In this document: one piece after another, positions 40,840 to 55,375 of the stretch
Layout of the letters: every line of letters starts with the position of its first letter
Position numbering within the stretch: the stretch's first letter is position 1
NCBI GenBank assembly: GCA_951406725.2
Contig: OX597815.1
Coordinates: forward strand, 130,200,001-130,264,000
Reading direction: 5' to 3'
DNA: 64,000 bases
DNA from: Octopus vulgaris
Lineage: Eukaryota
Notes under the pieces: generated by a model
The model's database searches: none
What the model was told of the DNA's origin: nothing
Seen by the model: the letters and a program-made list of their open reading frames with translations, nothing else
Position numbers and translations under genes: made by a program

Positions 40840-41024
40840 CCCGTTGAATCATTAGACTGCGGCCATGCTGAGGCACAGCCCTTGAAGTATTTTAGTCGAA
40901 CGAATAGAACCCTGAGCTTATTTTCCAAGCTTCATACGCATTCTATCGGTCTCTTTTGTCGAATCGCTAAGTTTCGGGGACGTAAACACACTAACACCGG
41001 TTGTCAAGCAGTGTTGGGGGACAA

Positions 41025-41088
<64 letters not shown>

Positions 41089-41253
41089 ACATACATATAC
41101 GACGGACTTCTTTCAGTTTGCGTCTACTAAATCTACTCACAAGGTTCTAGTCGGCCCGAGGCTATAGCAGAAGACATTTACCCTAGATACCACGCAGTGA
41201 CAGTGAACCCGGAATCTTGTGGTTGGAAACCAGACTTCATACCACACAACCAC
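40840..41253 (-). mobile_element. SINE family A, diverged
   Basis: Homology to other copies. Confidence 0.8.
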
Positions 41254-41552
41254 GTCTATTATAATTTAAGTATATATACCGTTAAAAACCTTCTAAACTA
41301 TGGTATTCATCTTGAGAAAGCATCTCTTATAGACAAATAATGTTAAAAACACGGAAATATATCAGGAGTAGACGAAAATCATTCAGCAGCGGTTGTGGCT
41401 TTGCTAACTCGGGATTTCTGCTAATATATTTCTGTTGTTTGTTTTTTTTTTCTTAACTCTATACCTCTATAAGAGATGTTTTGCCAAGACCAATACCACA
41501 ATCTATATCCTTTGAGTATGATATACAGATCACTAATTTGAACTAATTCTGC

Positions 41553-41830
41553 TTCTGTGGTTAATAACGAAACCATGGTCTTAATTCGTGGTTTTGATTT
41601 TCGGACCGGGTGCTGCGCTGTTTTCTTGAGAGCAAATCACTTCATTTCGTGTTGTTCCAGTCCACTTAGTTGAAGATGAGGTGAGTTCCAGTAATAGCTG
41701 GGGAGTCAACCCTGCGAAGGACCGACGTCCCGTACAGTGAGTGGCGGGGGAGTGTTGTAACCTCAGTCACTTATAGGCCGCAGAAACCAAGATAACTTCA
41801 ACCTTGCGAGTTTTGGGGTTCATAAAGCTA
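41553..41830 (+). mobile_element. SINE family C, diverged
   Basis: Homology to 5889-6140. Confidence 0.6.
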
Positions 41831-41894
41831 GCTCAAAGTTTCAATGCCTCTCCACACATCTATTTCTCTCCCTCCCACCTCTCTCTCTCTCTCT

Positions 41895-41933
<39 letters not shown>

Positions 41934-42319
41934 CTGATATGATTTATGTCCTTTTAATCCGATTCGAACGGGAACCGCCTATTGAGTAAATCTCATTGTA
42001 TTATGGGTTTAAATTCTGGCGATAAATGGAACGAAATTAAGCATTAACGGGACATTCCCTTTCTTTGCGCTAATACTTCTGCCTCCTCATTATCTTTAAC
42101 TGCGTAATTTCAAAACTGACATTTACATAACACATTTTGGTACTATGGAACATGTATAATGCAAATTGCTTAGTTTTAAACGAAATAAATAATGTTATAA
42201 ACAGAGGTAACAGTCGTAATCCACATGCAATTGGGACATTAAAGCAATTATGAAGAATAGATGTTAAAATGCTATGTCGTTTTTTTATCAGGATTCTGTT
42301 TAGTATATACATTCATACA

Positions 42320-43045
42320 TCTATACACACATTACAGACACACTGACATGCACATACATACATACATACATACATACATACATACATACATACATACATA
42401 CATACATACTCACCGATACATGCATACATACATACATACATACATACATACATACATACATACATACATACTCACCGATACATGCATACATACATACATA
42501 CATACATACATACATACATACATACATACATACACACACAAACATATACAAGCATACACATTCAGACACACAGACACGTACGTACGTACACGAACATACA
42601 TATATATATATACAAAGTCAGACACACATATACACATACATTCATACTTACACATAAACATACATACTTGCACATATACCTACACGTACATGCATAAAAG
42701 CACACGTACATATATATACGCACACAGATACACACACTCATCCACATGCATACATGCACACGCGCATATATACGCGGATATATATTCATATATATCTATC
42801 TATATATATATACACACACATACACATATGTATACATATACTCACATACATACACACTTATATACATACATGCGCACACATACGTATATACATGCACACA
42901 TACATACATATATACACATACATCTATACACACACACTCACACACGCGTACATATACACATACACACATACATAAACATACATACACATATACATGTATA
43001 TGCATACACGCATAAACACCTACGCACACACACACGTGCGCGCAA
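42320..43045. repeat. Degenerate (CATA)n/(CA)n low-complexity tract
   Basis: Seen directly. Confidence 0.9.
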
Positions 43046-43197
43046 TCATCTAATATTTATATAACTTCATTATATCAGTCACATATTCAATGACGAAAAC
43101 ATGTTAAAATAATTACTTCAATAAAATTTAATTGCGATTTAAGATGTTTTCGTAGTTGGTTTATTAGCAAAAAGCGTACGCCACGCTCTCTAGAATA

Positions 43198-43980
43198 CTT
43201 ATTTCTTTATTACCTACAAGGGGCTAAACACAGAGTGGACAAACAAGGACAGACAAATGGATTAAGTCGATTACATCGACCCCAGTGCGTAACTGGTACT
43301 TAATTTATCGACCCCGAAAGGATGAAAGGCAAAGTCGACCTCGGCGGAATTTGAACTCACAGCGTAACGCAGACGAAATACCGCTGAGCATTTCGCCCGG
43401 CGTGCTAACATTTCTGCCAGCTCGCCGCTCTCTAGATTACCATTGTCATGTTATCATAACAATAGCCGTGTTTGGTACAATATATTTACAGCCGTTAAAG
43501 CGGTGAACTGGCAGAGTCGTTACCGCGCTGGAAAAATTGCTTTGCGACATTTCTTCCGACCTTACATTCTGAATTTAAATGTTGCCGAAGTCGACCCGGC
43601 CTTCCATCAATTCGAGGTCGCTAAAATAATTACCAGTCGAATACTGGAGTCAATGTCATCGATTTACTCCCTTCCCCGAAATTGCTGGCCTTGTGCTAGA
43701 ATTTGAAATCAATATATTTACAACCATTCCACACAAAATGTATCCACCTGAAACTTTAGAACGGCTGCTCTTATTTCAATAATAATAACAATAATAAGTG
43801 TTTCAAATTAAAGCACAAGGCCAGCAATTTTAAGAGTAGTGGTTAATCGGTTAATCGACCACAGTACTTTGATTTGTACTTTATCGTCTTCTGGAAGATT
43901 TAAGGTAAAGCTGACCTCGACAGGATTTGAACTCAGAATGCAAAAAGCTCGAACAAATAACTATTCTGCCAATCCACCGC
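43198..43980. mobile_element. Cluster of three SINE family B copies (-, +, -)
   Basis: Homology; TSD-like flanks CGCTCTCTAGA and CAATATATTTACA. Confidence 0.82.
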
Positions 43981-44494
43981 TTTCAATAAGGTTCCCTGAT
44001 TATAGAAAAAGGTCAGAAATTTTGAGAGGAGGGGCAAGTAAAATGTTTGAAGTAACTTCAAATACGATCTCTGAGGATCTCTTAGGGCGGCTTCGCTTTT
44101 AAAAAATTGATAAAACTACAGCTCCAGGATCGGAAAACACTTGCTGTTAGATTAGTCACTGACGCTCTATAAAACTCAAGGAGAATATATATCATATTGG
44201 AGAACTGGTCCAGTATCTGGGACAAGTGGTGGCTGTTACACACAAGCACATCTTACACTGCATTCAAAATAAAATCAATTGATTGATTGGTGAAGACTTA
44301 TGACTAATGGTTGATGAATGCGACACCACCATCAGTACCCTCACCTTCTCAATCGTTTTACCAGACTACAACACTTTAATACTCTTGCAAATGCTATCAC
44401 TGGAGGAAGACTTTAATGTACTCAGCACTCATTGATTGAAGACAAAAGAAATCGCATCATCACATCCCAATGAAATCCTCGTCACATTATACAC

Positions 44495-44751
44495 CAGCGA
44501 TTCACAACAGGAGTCCATATGACCCTTAAGTGTTCATATAAATATTTTGTTCTTAAAATTTATGTGCAATAAACTGATTATACTTCTATGATATACAAAA
44601 TATTTTAACCTTTTTAATACAATTCTTAATTATATTTAATTATAAAAATATTATAGGATTTTTAAAACATCAAATGGCTATGGGACCTATCCGAGTGAAG
44701 GAGAGATCAAAGGGGTCCATAGGTAAAAAAAAAAACGATTGACAACTACTG
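44495..44751. mobile_element. hAT (Charlie-like) MITE, decayed
   Basis: CAGCGATTCACAAC...ATTGACAACTACTG termini with subterminal GGGGTCC. Confidence 0.55.
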
Positions 44752-45054
44752 TTCTAAGCAATCTACATATTGTGTAGTAAACTTAATCCGTCGTCCGGTT
44801 TAAAAACACCACTACCTGACACCTTGAGAGCCATTAGCGGAATCCAGTCCATTGCTGGTATTCGGCTCAAGTCTTAGATATGAAGTTACATTCCTCCTTT
44901 CCTCTCAGAAACACCAAGGCCCCCTGCGAATGTTCGTGGCACTGCTTTCTCTCCTGGCTTAAAGACTTAAAAAATACACCAACAAGCAAATATAACCCAT
45001 TAAACCAACTACACCAACTCTTCACCAGATATTACATTTTGTTCTATACATTTA

Positions 45055-45961
45055 CCAGGTCATCCCATAAGTTCTGTCCAATCTTACCTTTTTTTAAATT
45101 GAATGAAATTTAATAGTATTTTAGAATATATAATGCAATTTAAAATTATTTTTATGCATTTGTGTACATTTAAACTAATTAAATATTATTTTATAGAGTA
45201 ATAGAATTAAAATTTCTTTGATTAATACCCTTCTAACATGGAAGTATCCAAAGAGCGTTTGAAGCACATAATGCTTTATGAGTACAAAAAAAGGAAACTC
45301 TGCAGCCGAAGCGACTCAAAACATACACTCAGTTTATGGGAAAGAAGGCTTGAATGAAAGAACTTGCAGAAGATGGTTTGCTCAACCACAACCGAGAAGG
45401 GAACTTCATGGGGAAAAGGTTCTTCTCTCTGTCTGGTGGGACTTCAAAAGAGTAATTCACTTTGAATTGTTACCACCTAATGCAACAATCAATGCTCAAG
45501 TCTACTGTCAGCAATTAGAGTGTTTGAAACAAGCTTTGAAGAAAAAAGGACCCGCTTTAGTGAATCGAAAAGGAGTGATGTTTCATCAGGACAATGTGCG
45601 ACCCCACACTGCAAAGATCTCATCACAGAAGATCGAAGAGCTTGGTTGAGAAAAAATTCCTCTTCCACCTTATTCTCCCGACCTTGCTCCTTTAAACTAC
45701 CATTTGTTTCGTAATTTACAGAATCATTTGGGGGACATAACTTTCGCAAGCCAGGAGGAGGTCGAAACTGACAATTCAGAGTTGTTCGCTTTGAAACCAA
45801 AAGAGTTTTACGATGATGGGATTAAAAAGCTTGTAAATAGATGGAAGGAAGTCATAGATAGTCATGGAAAGTACATTGATGATTAAATTTCAATTAAATA
45901 TAATATTTGATCACTTATTTTCTTTATTCAAAATTCGGACAAAACTTATGTTATGACTTGA
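45055..45961 (+). mobile_element. Mariner transposon with internal deletion, frameshift and stop
   Basis: TA-flanked TIRs; KVLLSVWWD, FHQDNVRPH, PPYSPDLAP and GIKKLVNRWKEVID motifs. Confidence 0.93.
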
Positions 45962-46899
45962 TAACTACGATAAGCACCTGGTAAATGACTTTTCAACAAT
46001 CATCGGAGTACGTACGAATTATAACAGAATACTCTGTCATCAATGAAGAGAGCAGTAACAGTTTTACAAACTTCACAAAAGCACAATAGAGTGAGTTCCA
46101 ACAAAGATAAATAAAATAATTTTAACTGGAGACATGCGAAAAAGTGTTGAAAGAGATATATGTGTGTAGGACCATATTTAATACTTTTGTGTACAACCGG
46201 ACGCGAAAAGATCATTCGCTGTAGAAACAGTCTCGAGGTGAGAAAACATTCTCTCCATAGAATGCTAAATATCATTGTAAACACATATATTTCGTTCGTT
46301 GCTTCGTGCCCCTCTAATTAATTAATTCCAGTTTGACCAATCTTTGCGCACGTAGGTAAATCTAATATTTGCTGGTGTTATACATATGTATGATCGTTCT
46401 TCAGGGCTTTGAAATTTGTAACTGATGAAGCGTAACCACACAAAAAACACATGCATCCTACGATCCGATGACGTCAATCCTAACTCGATGACGTAATTTC
46501 ACACACCTTGTCTATAAAGAGGGCTTTCTCCCGAGATTATTTTTGCAGCGAAAGGTCTTCCCACACCCGAGTGTAGACGAACATGTTTAATAAGATTGTA
46601 CACATATCGAATAACAGTTTTTTTTTTTTTTTTCAGAATTCAACACAATCTTTAATATATATATTGCCGGATATATTTAACAAATCAGTTATAGATACAT
46701 CTAAGAAAAAATCCCATGAAACAACCCAACAACCCTAGCCAACCTTATAAAAGCCATAGAGTCACCTTCAAGCATCGTACACCAACAACATACACTGTCG
46801 AAATAAACCTCAGAATAACAAGTAACAAAAGTAACAAAAAAATTGAATCTAATATAATCACCCCATCCCCACAAAAAAAGACATACAGTCGCGTGTTAC

Positions 46900-48223
46900 A
46901 ATAAAAGATTCAAACAATACACCCATATTGCAAGAGTAAACAAATTACTTTATCGGACATTTCTTGAAAATCAACCAACAAAAACATAGAGAAGGCATGG
47001 ACACAAAACAAATAAAACGCACCTCCATCTAAACCATGAGTTTGATTCCTTCCTTTCGCCAGGCATCTAAAAGGCTATAAACATAAATGTCCCAGGAGCA
47101 GATAAAAACTACAGCCATACAGCTAAAAGGCTTGGGGCCTTAAGGAATTCCTGCTTTCACCAATATCAGCTACTTCTTCCAGCGTTTTCGATTTCCATAA
47201 CTAGACCCTGGCGAAATTATAATTCTAAAGCCTAACAAAAAACTCCGGTGAACTAACATCACACAGGCCCACCATCGAGACCTATTACTCAGGCCCGTCA
47301 CCCTCAAAAGTTACAGAAAGGCTACATCTTAACACCACTAATTCCCTCTTCTTCTCCTCTCTCTCTCTCTGCCTCTCTCTTTCTCTGCGCCTCTCTCTCT
47401 CTCTCCAAATCAAAAGGTAAATACAGACCACTATACTAAACCAACATACCATACACAAACCTAAAACAGCAAACATCAAAACCTAATAGAGAAAACAGCA
47501 AAAGCCATCACACACATAGATTTAACGACCATCGACACCATCATAGCTTTTGATTCCATTCATTGCTACTCATTCACACAAAAATATTCAAATAAAAATG
47601 TGTTATGGTCGAAACAATGTGAAAAGAAATACAAAAGTGAAGACTGAACAACTGTTGAAGCCTTTGGGGCTAGGACTTCTTCATCAGGACAGGTGGAGAA
47701 AAGGGAGATGGAATAAGGCTATTGATGTTGCTCAGATATTTTGGAGAAGGTAGTGACATTCGCCGACCAATGTTATTATAATAGCCAGTCTGCTTGTTGT
47801 TTAATGTTGTATAAACCTTATTAATTACGATAGCGAAGAATCACCTCCACAAAATTAACGCCTACGGAACCCTTGTTTCTTTCTTATTAGCAGCACCAAA
47901 GACCAGCAAGTGCAATAAACCGTGATACTCAAAACATAAATATACTAGACATACAGAAGACAAAAGTACTTGGAATTATATAGATCACCCCCACAATATA
48001 CACAAAACACATAGAAGACTTAATAAAGAAAGAGAAGCGACGCAGAAAAATACTTAAAACAATTACTGGAAGCACATTTGGTAGGGAAGAAAAATAGGGA
48101 CAATAGCAATGGTGTAGAAACAATACATTAGATCAATTATGGATCGTATCTATCTTAGTTGCTACCCCTAATCTCTCCACAATAAGCTACAAAGTACTCA
48201 AAACAGCGGAATATATATTGGGA

Positions 48224-48225
<2 letters not shown>
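46900..48225 (+). mobile_element. Highly decayed RT of an I/Jockey-group LINE
   Basis: Fragments IIILKPNK, SKVTER, IDTIIAFDSI, KVLGII, RRKILKTITGSTFG and KQYIRSIMD, in the expected order. Confidence 0.6.
47644..47692 (-). ncRNA. Degenerate hammerhead-like relic
   Basis: CTGTC-CTGATGA-A-GAAG..CTTC-AACAGTTG; GAAA damaged. Confidence 0.35.
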
Positions 48226-48258
<33 letters not shown>

Positions 48259-48449
48259 CACACACAAAATAGCTTCACCCAGATGCACTACCACAGCAAC
48301 ATGTGCGTAAAAATGTAAACACTACAATATTACTACATGGAAACTGCAAACGTGAGTAAAATTTTAATTACATATACAGTACATCCATATTTATACATGA
48401 CCTCTATATATGCACACACTGCAGGATAGCGATGCAATACTACTTAAAA

Positions 48450-51400
48450 AGTGAACCTAGAAGAAGGGGCTATAGAAAACAGATTTTAACATTTCGGGTA
48501 GAGAGGGGTACGTTTAAAGTGACTGAGCAGAGACTAGTAGATCATGCTAATGCTATTACGAGAAGAAAGTGGATGACAGAATTGGAGGTGGGAAGGATCA
48601 CATGAGAACTGGGAAAGAAAGACCAGGCAGTAGGAAAGACAAACAACATAAGAGATACAGCTCAAACTAAAGAAAAACCTAAAGGAAAAAATACTGATAG
48701 CTCTACCAATAAGGAAGAGACAACTGGCATCAGTGATTTAAGTGATTTAAGTGAGGAAGATCAGAAGATTTTAGATGAGTAGCACGAAGTAATGAATAAA
48801 GACGAAAAAGATTGCAAGCATTAAAAGGTACCAACAGAAGGAAGCTGCTACATATGACTGGGAAAATAGATTCTGTTATCAGTAGGATATATACTAAAAA
48901 GATCTTAGACACTAACTTATTGATCTATTCGGGAGGGGTAGTAGTTACTAGGAGATTAGATATTCTATAAGGAAAGATTAGAAAAGAGCAAATGTGGGAA
49001 AGGAGATTACAAAATCAAGTGAAGACTTTAAGGCAAGATCTGAGTAGAATAGAAGCCTGGAAATTGAACAAGTTAGGAAACAGAAGATTTAAGTCTTCTC
49101 TTGAAAAGAAATTCTTAGTCAAAGACAAAGGATTTGGGAGAGTCATAAAAGAGTTGAAACAGTGTATCATAGCAGTACCAGGTAAGCTTTCCAGATATCA
49201 GAAAAGAGTAGATCAGAATAGATTATTTGAGACAGACCAGAGGAGATTTTACAACCAAATAAATAGTAGAGAAGAAAGTACTGAAGATAAGATATCTAAT
49301 GCAAAAGAAGTTAGAAAGTTCAGGAGTAATATTTGGGATAAGCCAGTCAATCATAATGGAGATGCAGTATGGTTAAAGAAAGTGAAGAAAAAAGTAGTGT
49401 GGGAGAAGCAGCAAGATCTTAGACTAACAAGTGCATTAATGAGTAAAGTCTTAGGGAAAATGCTGAACTGAAAGGGCTCTGGACCAGATTTAGTTCAAGG
49501 GTACTGGCTAGAAATTCAATAATTTACATGGGAGACTGAGGGAACAACTTCAAGTTTGCCTTAATGGAGGAATAATACCAGATTAGATGACCGGAGGGAG
49601 AACAATACTCCTTATGACAGATAAAAGCAAGGGTAATACAGCTAGCAATTATAGACCAATCACTTGCTTACCATTAGCGTGGAAGTTGTTAGCAGGAATG
49701 CTTTCAGAAAGCATTTACGAGCACCTTGACAGCCAGAATTTACTATCAGAAGAACAGAAAGGTTGCTGGAAGAAGGCAAGAGGAACGCAAGATCTATTAT
49801 ACATTGACAAATCAATTCTAAATGAGGTAAAAGCTAGAAAGAAAAATCTAACAATAGCATGAAATGATTATAAGAATGCCTATGATATGATCCCACACTC
49901 ATGGATAAATGAATGTTTGAGTATATTCAATACAGCAGACAACATAAGAGAATTAATTAGCTTTAGCATGAAGAAATGGAAAGTAGATCTATATTCAGGT
50001 GACACAGTCTTAGGAAAGGTTAATATTAAGAGAGGAATTTTCCAAGGAGACTCGTTATCACTTTAATATTTGCTTTATGTTTGATCCCCCTCAGTTAAGT
50101 ATCAAGGAAGACTAAGGCAGGATATCAGTTCAGAAATAGTAAGGGAAAAATTAACCATTTGCCCTACATGGATGATCTGAAGATTTTTAGTAAGAATGTA
50201 AAAGGGATAGATTCCTTAATACAGACTGTAAGACTCTTCAGCAAAGATATAGGCATGGAATTTGGCATAGATAAGTGTACAACATTAGTCATGAGAAGGG
50301 GACAGATAGTCAACAGCGAAGGCATCCAATTACGAAATGGTCAGATATTAAAATCATTGAAAGGAGGCGAGAGTTATAAGTATCTGGGAGTATTAGAATC
50401 TGACAGAGTACTAACTACAGAAATGAAAACGAAAATTGAGGAGTACATAAGAAGGGTGAGGAAGCTAATGAAATCAAAGCTAAATGATCGAAATCTAGTG
50501 AAAGCTGCAAACACTTGGGCAGTATCTTTACTTAGATACTCAGCTACTTTTGTAGATTGGACAAAAACTGAATTACGAAGAACTAGGAAGGAATTCAATG
50601 TAATGTAAACGGAAAACTCCACCCAAGGGCAGGAGTAAAATGATCATACTTACCTAGAAAGGAAGGTGAAAGAGGGTTAATATTAATGGAAGACTACGTG
50701 GAGTTAGCTAAAGTAGATATGGACTCCTATGTAGGTAATAGTGAAGAAAGTTTATGAAAAGTTGCTATAGTCACAGCAAGACATAAGGAAACAAAAACAC
50801 CAAATGAAGTTAAAAACCAGAAAAAAGAACAGAAATTATCCGACTGGCAGGAGAAGTAGTTGTGAGACATGGTTATGGCTGCAGAAGGGAAATCTGAAGA
50901 GGTAGACAAAATGTTTGTTAGTAGCTGCATAAGGTCAAGCATTAAGGACTAATTGGATAAAAGCCAAGGTGGAAAAAAACAAAGTAGATTCCTAATGTAG
51001 ATTATGCAGATCAAAATATGAGTGCATTACTCATATAGTAAGTGAATGTAGCATGCTGGCACAAAGAATACAAGAAAAAACACGACAAACTAGGGAGAGT
51101 AATCCACTGGGAGCTTTGTAGAAAGCTATGATTTGAACATATTGGTAAATGGTATGAACATGAACCTAAGTAAAGTACTAGAAAGCAAAACATACAAGAT
51201 GTTGTGGGACTTTAAGATTCAGACTGACAAAGTAATAGAAGCTAGAATGCCTGATTTGGTTGTAGTAGATAAAGAGAATAGAAAGTGCCAGATAATTGAC
51301 TTACAAATGGTAAAAAACCAATATGAGAGGTATAGAAAAAGTAGCAAAGTACCAGGACCTAGCCATTGAGCTACAGAGACTATAGAAAGTGCGGGTTAAA

Positions 51401-51616
51401 TGTATCCCAGTAGTTGTAGGTGCATTGGCAACTATTCCTAAAGATCTGAACAGATGGATAGGAGAAATAGCATAAGACCCAGTTTAGTACAGCTGCAGAA
51501 AGTGGTGTTATTAGAGACAGCTAGGATACATAGACGGCTTCTTGGCATCTGAGGTTACTTGTTGTAGCCCGGTGTTAGGATTTTTTTTCTTTTCCGACAG
51601 TCTGATCTGTTGTTTG

Positions 51617-51619
<3 letters not shown>
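48450..51619 (+). mobile_element. Near full-length degenerate R4/Dong-clade non-LTR retrotransposon (RT + CCHC + RLE)
   Basis: GYRKQ..TEQRLVD N-terminus; QNRLFETDQRRFY; NYRPITCL; RGIFQGDSLS; YMDDLKIF; YKYLGVL; MLWDFKIQTD..PDLVVVDK; ends in (AAT)n; many stops and frameshifts. Confidence 0.92.
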
Positions 51620-51712
<93 letters not shown>

Positions 51713-51747
51713 AATAATGATGATGATGATGATGATGATGATGATAA

Positions 51748-51953
51748 TCCTTTCTACTATAGGCACAAGGCCTCAAATTTGGGAGGAGGGTTCCAGTCGA
51801 TTAGATCGACCCCAGTACGCAACTGGTACTTAATTTATCGACAAGGATGAAAGGCAATGTCGGCCTCTCGGAATTTGAATTCCGAACGTAGCAACGGGCG
51901 AAATACCACTAAGCATTTCGTCCAGCACTCCAACGATTCTGCCACCTCGCCTT
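51748..51953 (-). mobile_element. SINE family B
   Basis: Homology to other copies. Confidence 0.82.
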
Positions 51954-52911
51954 GATATATAATAATAACAACAACAACAACAATGCTTTCTACTATATGC
52001 ACAAGGCTTGGAATTTTGTGGGAGTTAGCTAGTCGGTTACATCGACCCCAGTGATTAACTTTATCAGTGAGGTAGAACTTGTAATAACAATGGGTACTGT
52101 CTTTTTCAGATTAGATAAATAAAAGTGAGAAAAGCATATCCAACCACCATGCAAATACATAACAAGATTGTTGGCAAGGAATTAGTTGCAGGTTATAGAA
52201 TGGAGGTACATTTATCGTTGTATCTATGCAATAACGACGAAAGGCCGAATGACGACAAAGATGAGCTCATTATTGAAGTAATTACGGCAATTAATTGTAG
52301 TTGTTCCATTTAACTATACAGGTGGAATTTTAGCATTATAACAATAACCGTACATTATACGCTCTGGCTTTTCTCGTCCCCACCACCACCACCACCGCCG
52401 CCGCCGCCGCCTCCACCACCACCACCACCAACCGCTGCCACCGCCACCACCACCACCACCGCTGCCACCGCCGTCATTAACAGCAGCAGCTACATCTAAA
52501 ATAGCTAATTTAAAGTGAAACTAGTGAAATTGAAATGATAGCCGGAGAAATAGATTTTATAGAAATAACCTTTTGTTCTTCAAAGATTTTCACTTTCTCT
52601 ATAGCACCAGGCAGTAAAATCAGAATACTGCATGCAGCTGCTAATGCAACTACTACTAATAATAATTTCAAATTTTGGTGCAAGGCCAGCCATTTTGTGG
52701 GAGGTTGTAAGTCGATTATATCAACCCCAATGTTCAACTGGTACTTATTTTATCGACCCCGAAAGGATGAAAGGGAAAGTCGACTTTAGCCGAATTTGAA
52801 CTCAGAATAAAAAGATAGATGAAATACCGCAAAAAGAAGAAGAAGAAGAAGAAGAAGAAGAAGAAGAAGAAGAAGAAGAAGAAGAAGAAGAAGAAGAAGA
52901 AGAAGAAGAAG

Positions 52912-54060
52912 ACAATACAAATAACTACAGTGGCTGTAAATGGAGCAAAAAGAGAAAATAACAAAAGAATATAAATAAAAATATGGGAATAGCAACAGAA
53001 ATCTTCAATAAAGAGGAAGAATCGTCTTGTCACCCATATATACTGCATAACTAAAGCACTGCCTCTCTCCTTTCTCTCATCTACTGCAGTGGAACAATAT
53101 TTCCTCTCCACCTTCACACCTTCTTCAAATGAAACTTATAAAAGTCAATGAAGGCTTAACAGAAGAGCAAAGCGTCTGTTTACAATCCTTTCAGTCACGT
53201 CCACTATACAACTTCTTTCGCCATACCCTCAACAGTCAGAAGACTTTCTGCTCAGAGCAGGGAAAAGAAGAATGCGGAGCGATCCTCATAATGAACTTAA
53301 CTGATTGCCGGATTCGATCTACATCTGGTAACAACTGTTCGACAAAACTTCACAGCTCAATAGTACTCGGACACAACAAAGTGCGTACGAAACGGTTCTG
53401 TCTCCAGATGCATCTCAACTAAGAACACTTCCGTATCTGAAGTTTGTTCCGAACCGGCAATGCCCCGTGGTAGTACTACTAAATTGTATTTAAGGAAAAT
53501 GTCCATAGTTCTTTGAGCGAGAGTCTACTGGAACAGTCTGGCTATTTCGTTCTTGTCATTTAGCGTTTCCTCGAGAAAGTCATCGCCCTTCTTCACCACT
53601 AGTCCTTTATAGAAAGTCAAAATAAAATTTCACCACCAGCATTACCTAGTAGAGTGTTGTGAGCACCTGACAACATTCCAGATGCCTTGCACACAGTCTC
53701 GGTGTTCGTTTGACCGAAAACTGCAGCTCGAGTAAAAAGATGAGCTGCGGGTAAGCTCGTCTAACAAAGAGCGACTATACCTGTTCACTGTCAAGAAATA
53801 TTTGAGGGTGTTACAGCCTCAGCACATAAATAATGGTGGCGGAGGACGGATCACCTGGTCAATAGAACGCATCCTTTTCACAAGAAATAAATGAGCTTTT
53901 GTTCTAATCTGGCGAGACGAAAACTGGAATAAGACACGATGGTCAGGTGTTAAAGCATAACTGAGGCGATGTACGCATTTGCCATCTTTGTACTATCTTT
54001 CAAAGATAAATCCCTCTCAGCCAGTACGTATCAACCTGGAAGTCCGAACCGAACCAGAAC
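52912..54060 (-). mobile_element. Tx1/L1-clade LINE 3' remnant abutting (TTC)n
   Basis: ANAYIASV..LEQKLIYFL*KG; YHGALPVRNKL; TVSYAL..CP; FYKFHLKK; homologous to 30150-30830. Confidence 0.75.
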
Positions 54061-54305
54061 CCACGTAACTTTTTTTTTTTTACTGGCCCTCTGTGTAGCA
54101 CCCTAGGGCGCTGTCCGACGACATGGACCTGCCTCTACAGGTGGCGAGCTGCAAACCGACCAATTTGTCCGAGTTAATTTTGACTCCTGTCAATGACTTC
54201 ACAAAGTGTCGTGTACTTCAATTTTCATATTCGTCACCAGACCAGACAATAACAAAACCTCGTCGTTGTCGTCGTCCTCCTCCTCCTCATCATCATCATT
54301 ATCAT

Positions 54306-54336
<31 letters not shown>

Positions 54337-54784
54337 GACAGCAACAGCAGCAGTAGCAGCAGCAACAACAACAATAGCCAAACTGTGTCGTTTCTATTTG
54401 AGGCAATAGTAAGTAATCATACAATTCAATTTTTTTTGGTCGTTCTCTTACAAAACTGTGTTATCGTAAACTCTTGGAAATGAGAAGTAGACTTATGGCT
54501 TCTCTCAAATTAGAAAAAATCTTCCGAGAAGGAAGTGTACGGCTTGTGTGGCAATGTATCCATTTAATTTTGCTTGAGTTTATACTGTGCAAATTATTAT
54601 AATGAAAAACAAATAGCATAACATCGCAGAGGAAGCATTTGGCTCGAAACTACTTAGGTTGTATGATCGCTCGTTCATAAAATTTGAAAATGACCTTGCA
54701 AATGTCAACGACTAAATAAATATTTAAGCGATGGAAGAGAGAAAGAAATAAAGAGAAAAAAAACAGATGATGTCTAAAGATATT

Positions 54785-55375
54785 ATTTTCTACTCTAGGC
54801 ACAAGGCCCGAAATTTTGGCTGGCGGGGTGACCCCAGTACGCAACTTGTGCTTAATTTATCGACCCCGAAAGGATGTAAGGCAAAGTCGACCTCGGTGGA
54901 ATTTGAACTCAGAACGTAAAGACAGACGAAACACCTATTTCTTTACTACCCACAAGGGTCTAAACACAGAGAGGACAAACAAGGACAGACAAACGGATTA
55001 AGTCGATTATATCGACCCCAGTGCGTAACTGGTACTTATTTAATCGACCCCGAAAGGATGAAAGGCAAAGTGGACCTCGGCGGAATTTGAACTCAGAACG
55101 TAGCGGCAGACGAAATACCGCTAAGCATTTCACCCGTCGTGCTAACGTTTCTGCCAGCTCGCCGCCTTATGATGTCTAAAGATAGCCTTTTCTATTCTAG
55201 GCACAAGGCCCGAAATTTTTTTGGGGGGGAGGCCAGTCGATTAGATCGACCCCAGTACACAACTGGTACTTAATTTATCGACCTCGAAAGGATAAAAGGC
55301 AAAATCGACCTCGGTAGAATTTGAAGTCGGAACGCAAAGACAGGCGTGCTAACATTTCTGTCGGCTCGCCGCCTT
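54785..55375 (-). mobile_element. Three stacked SINE family B units
   Basis: Homology; target sequence ATGTCTAAAGATA occurs three times. Confidence 0.88.

Noticed and set aside
46415-46460. CTGATGAAGCGT...ACACAAAAAACACATG as an HHR
   Set aside because: Needs several substitutions and has no stem I.
48992-51369. RT ORFs as an active retrotransposon or host gene
   Set aside because: Many stops and frameshifts; recorded as a degenerate element.
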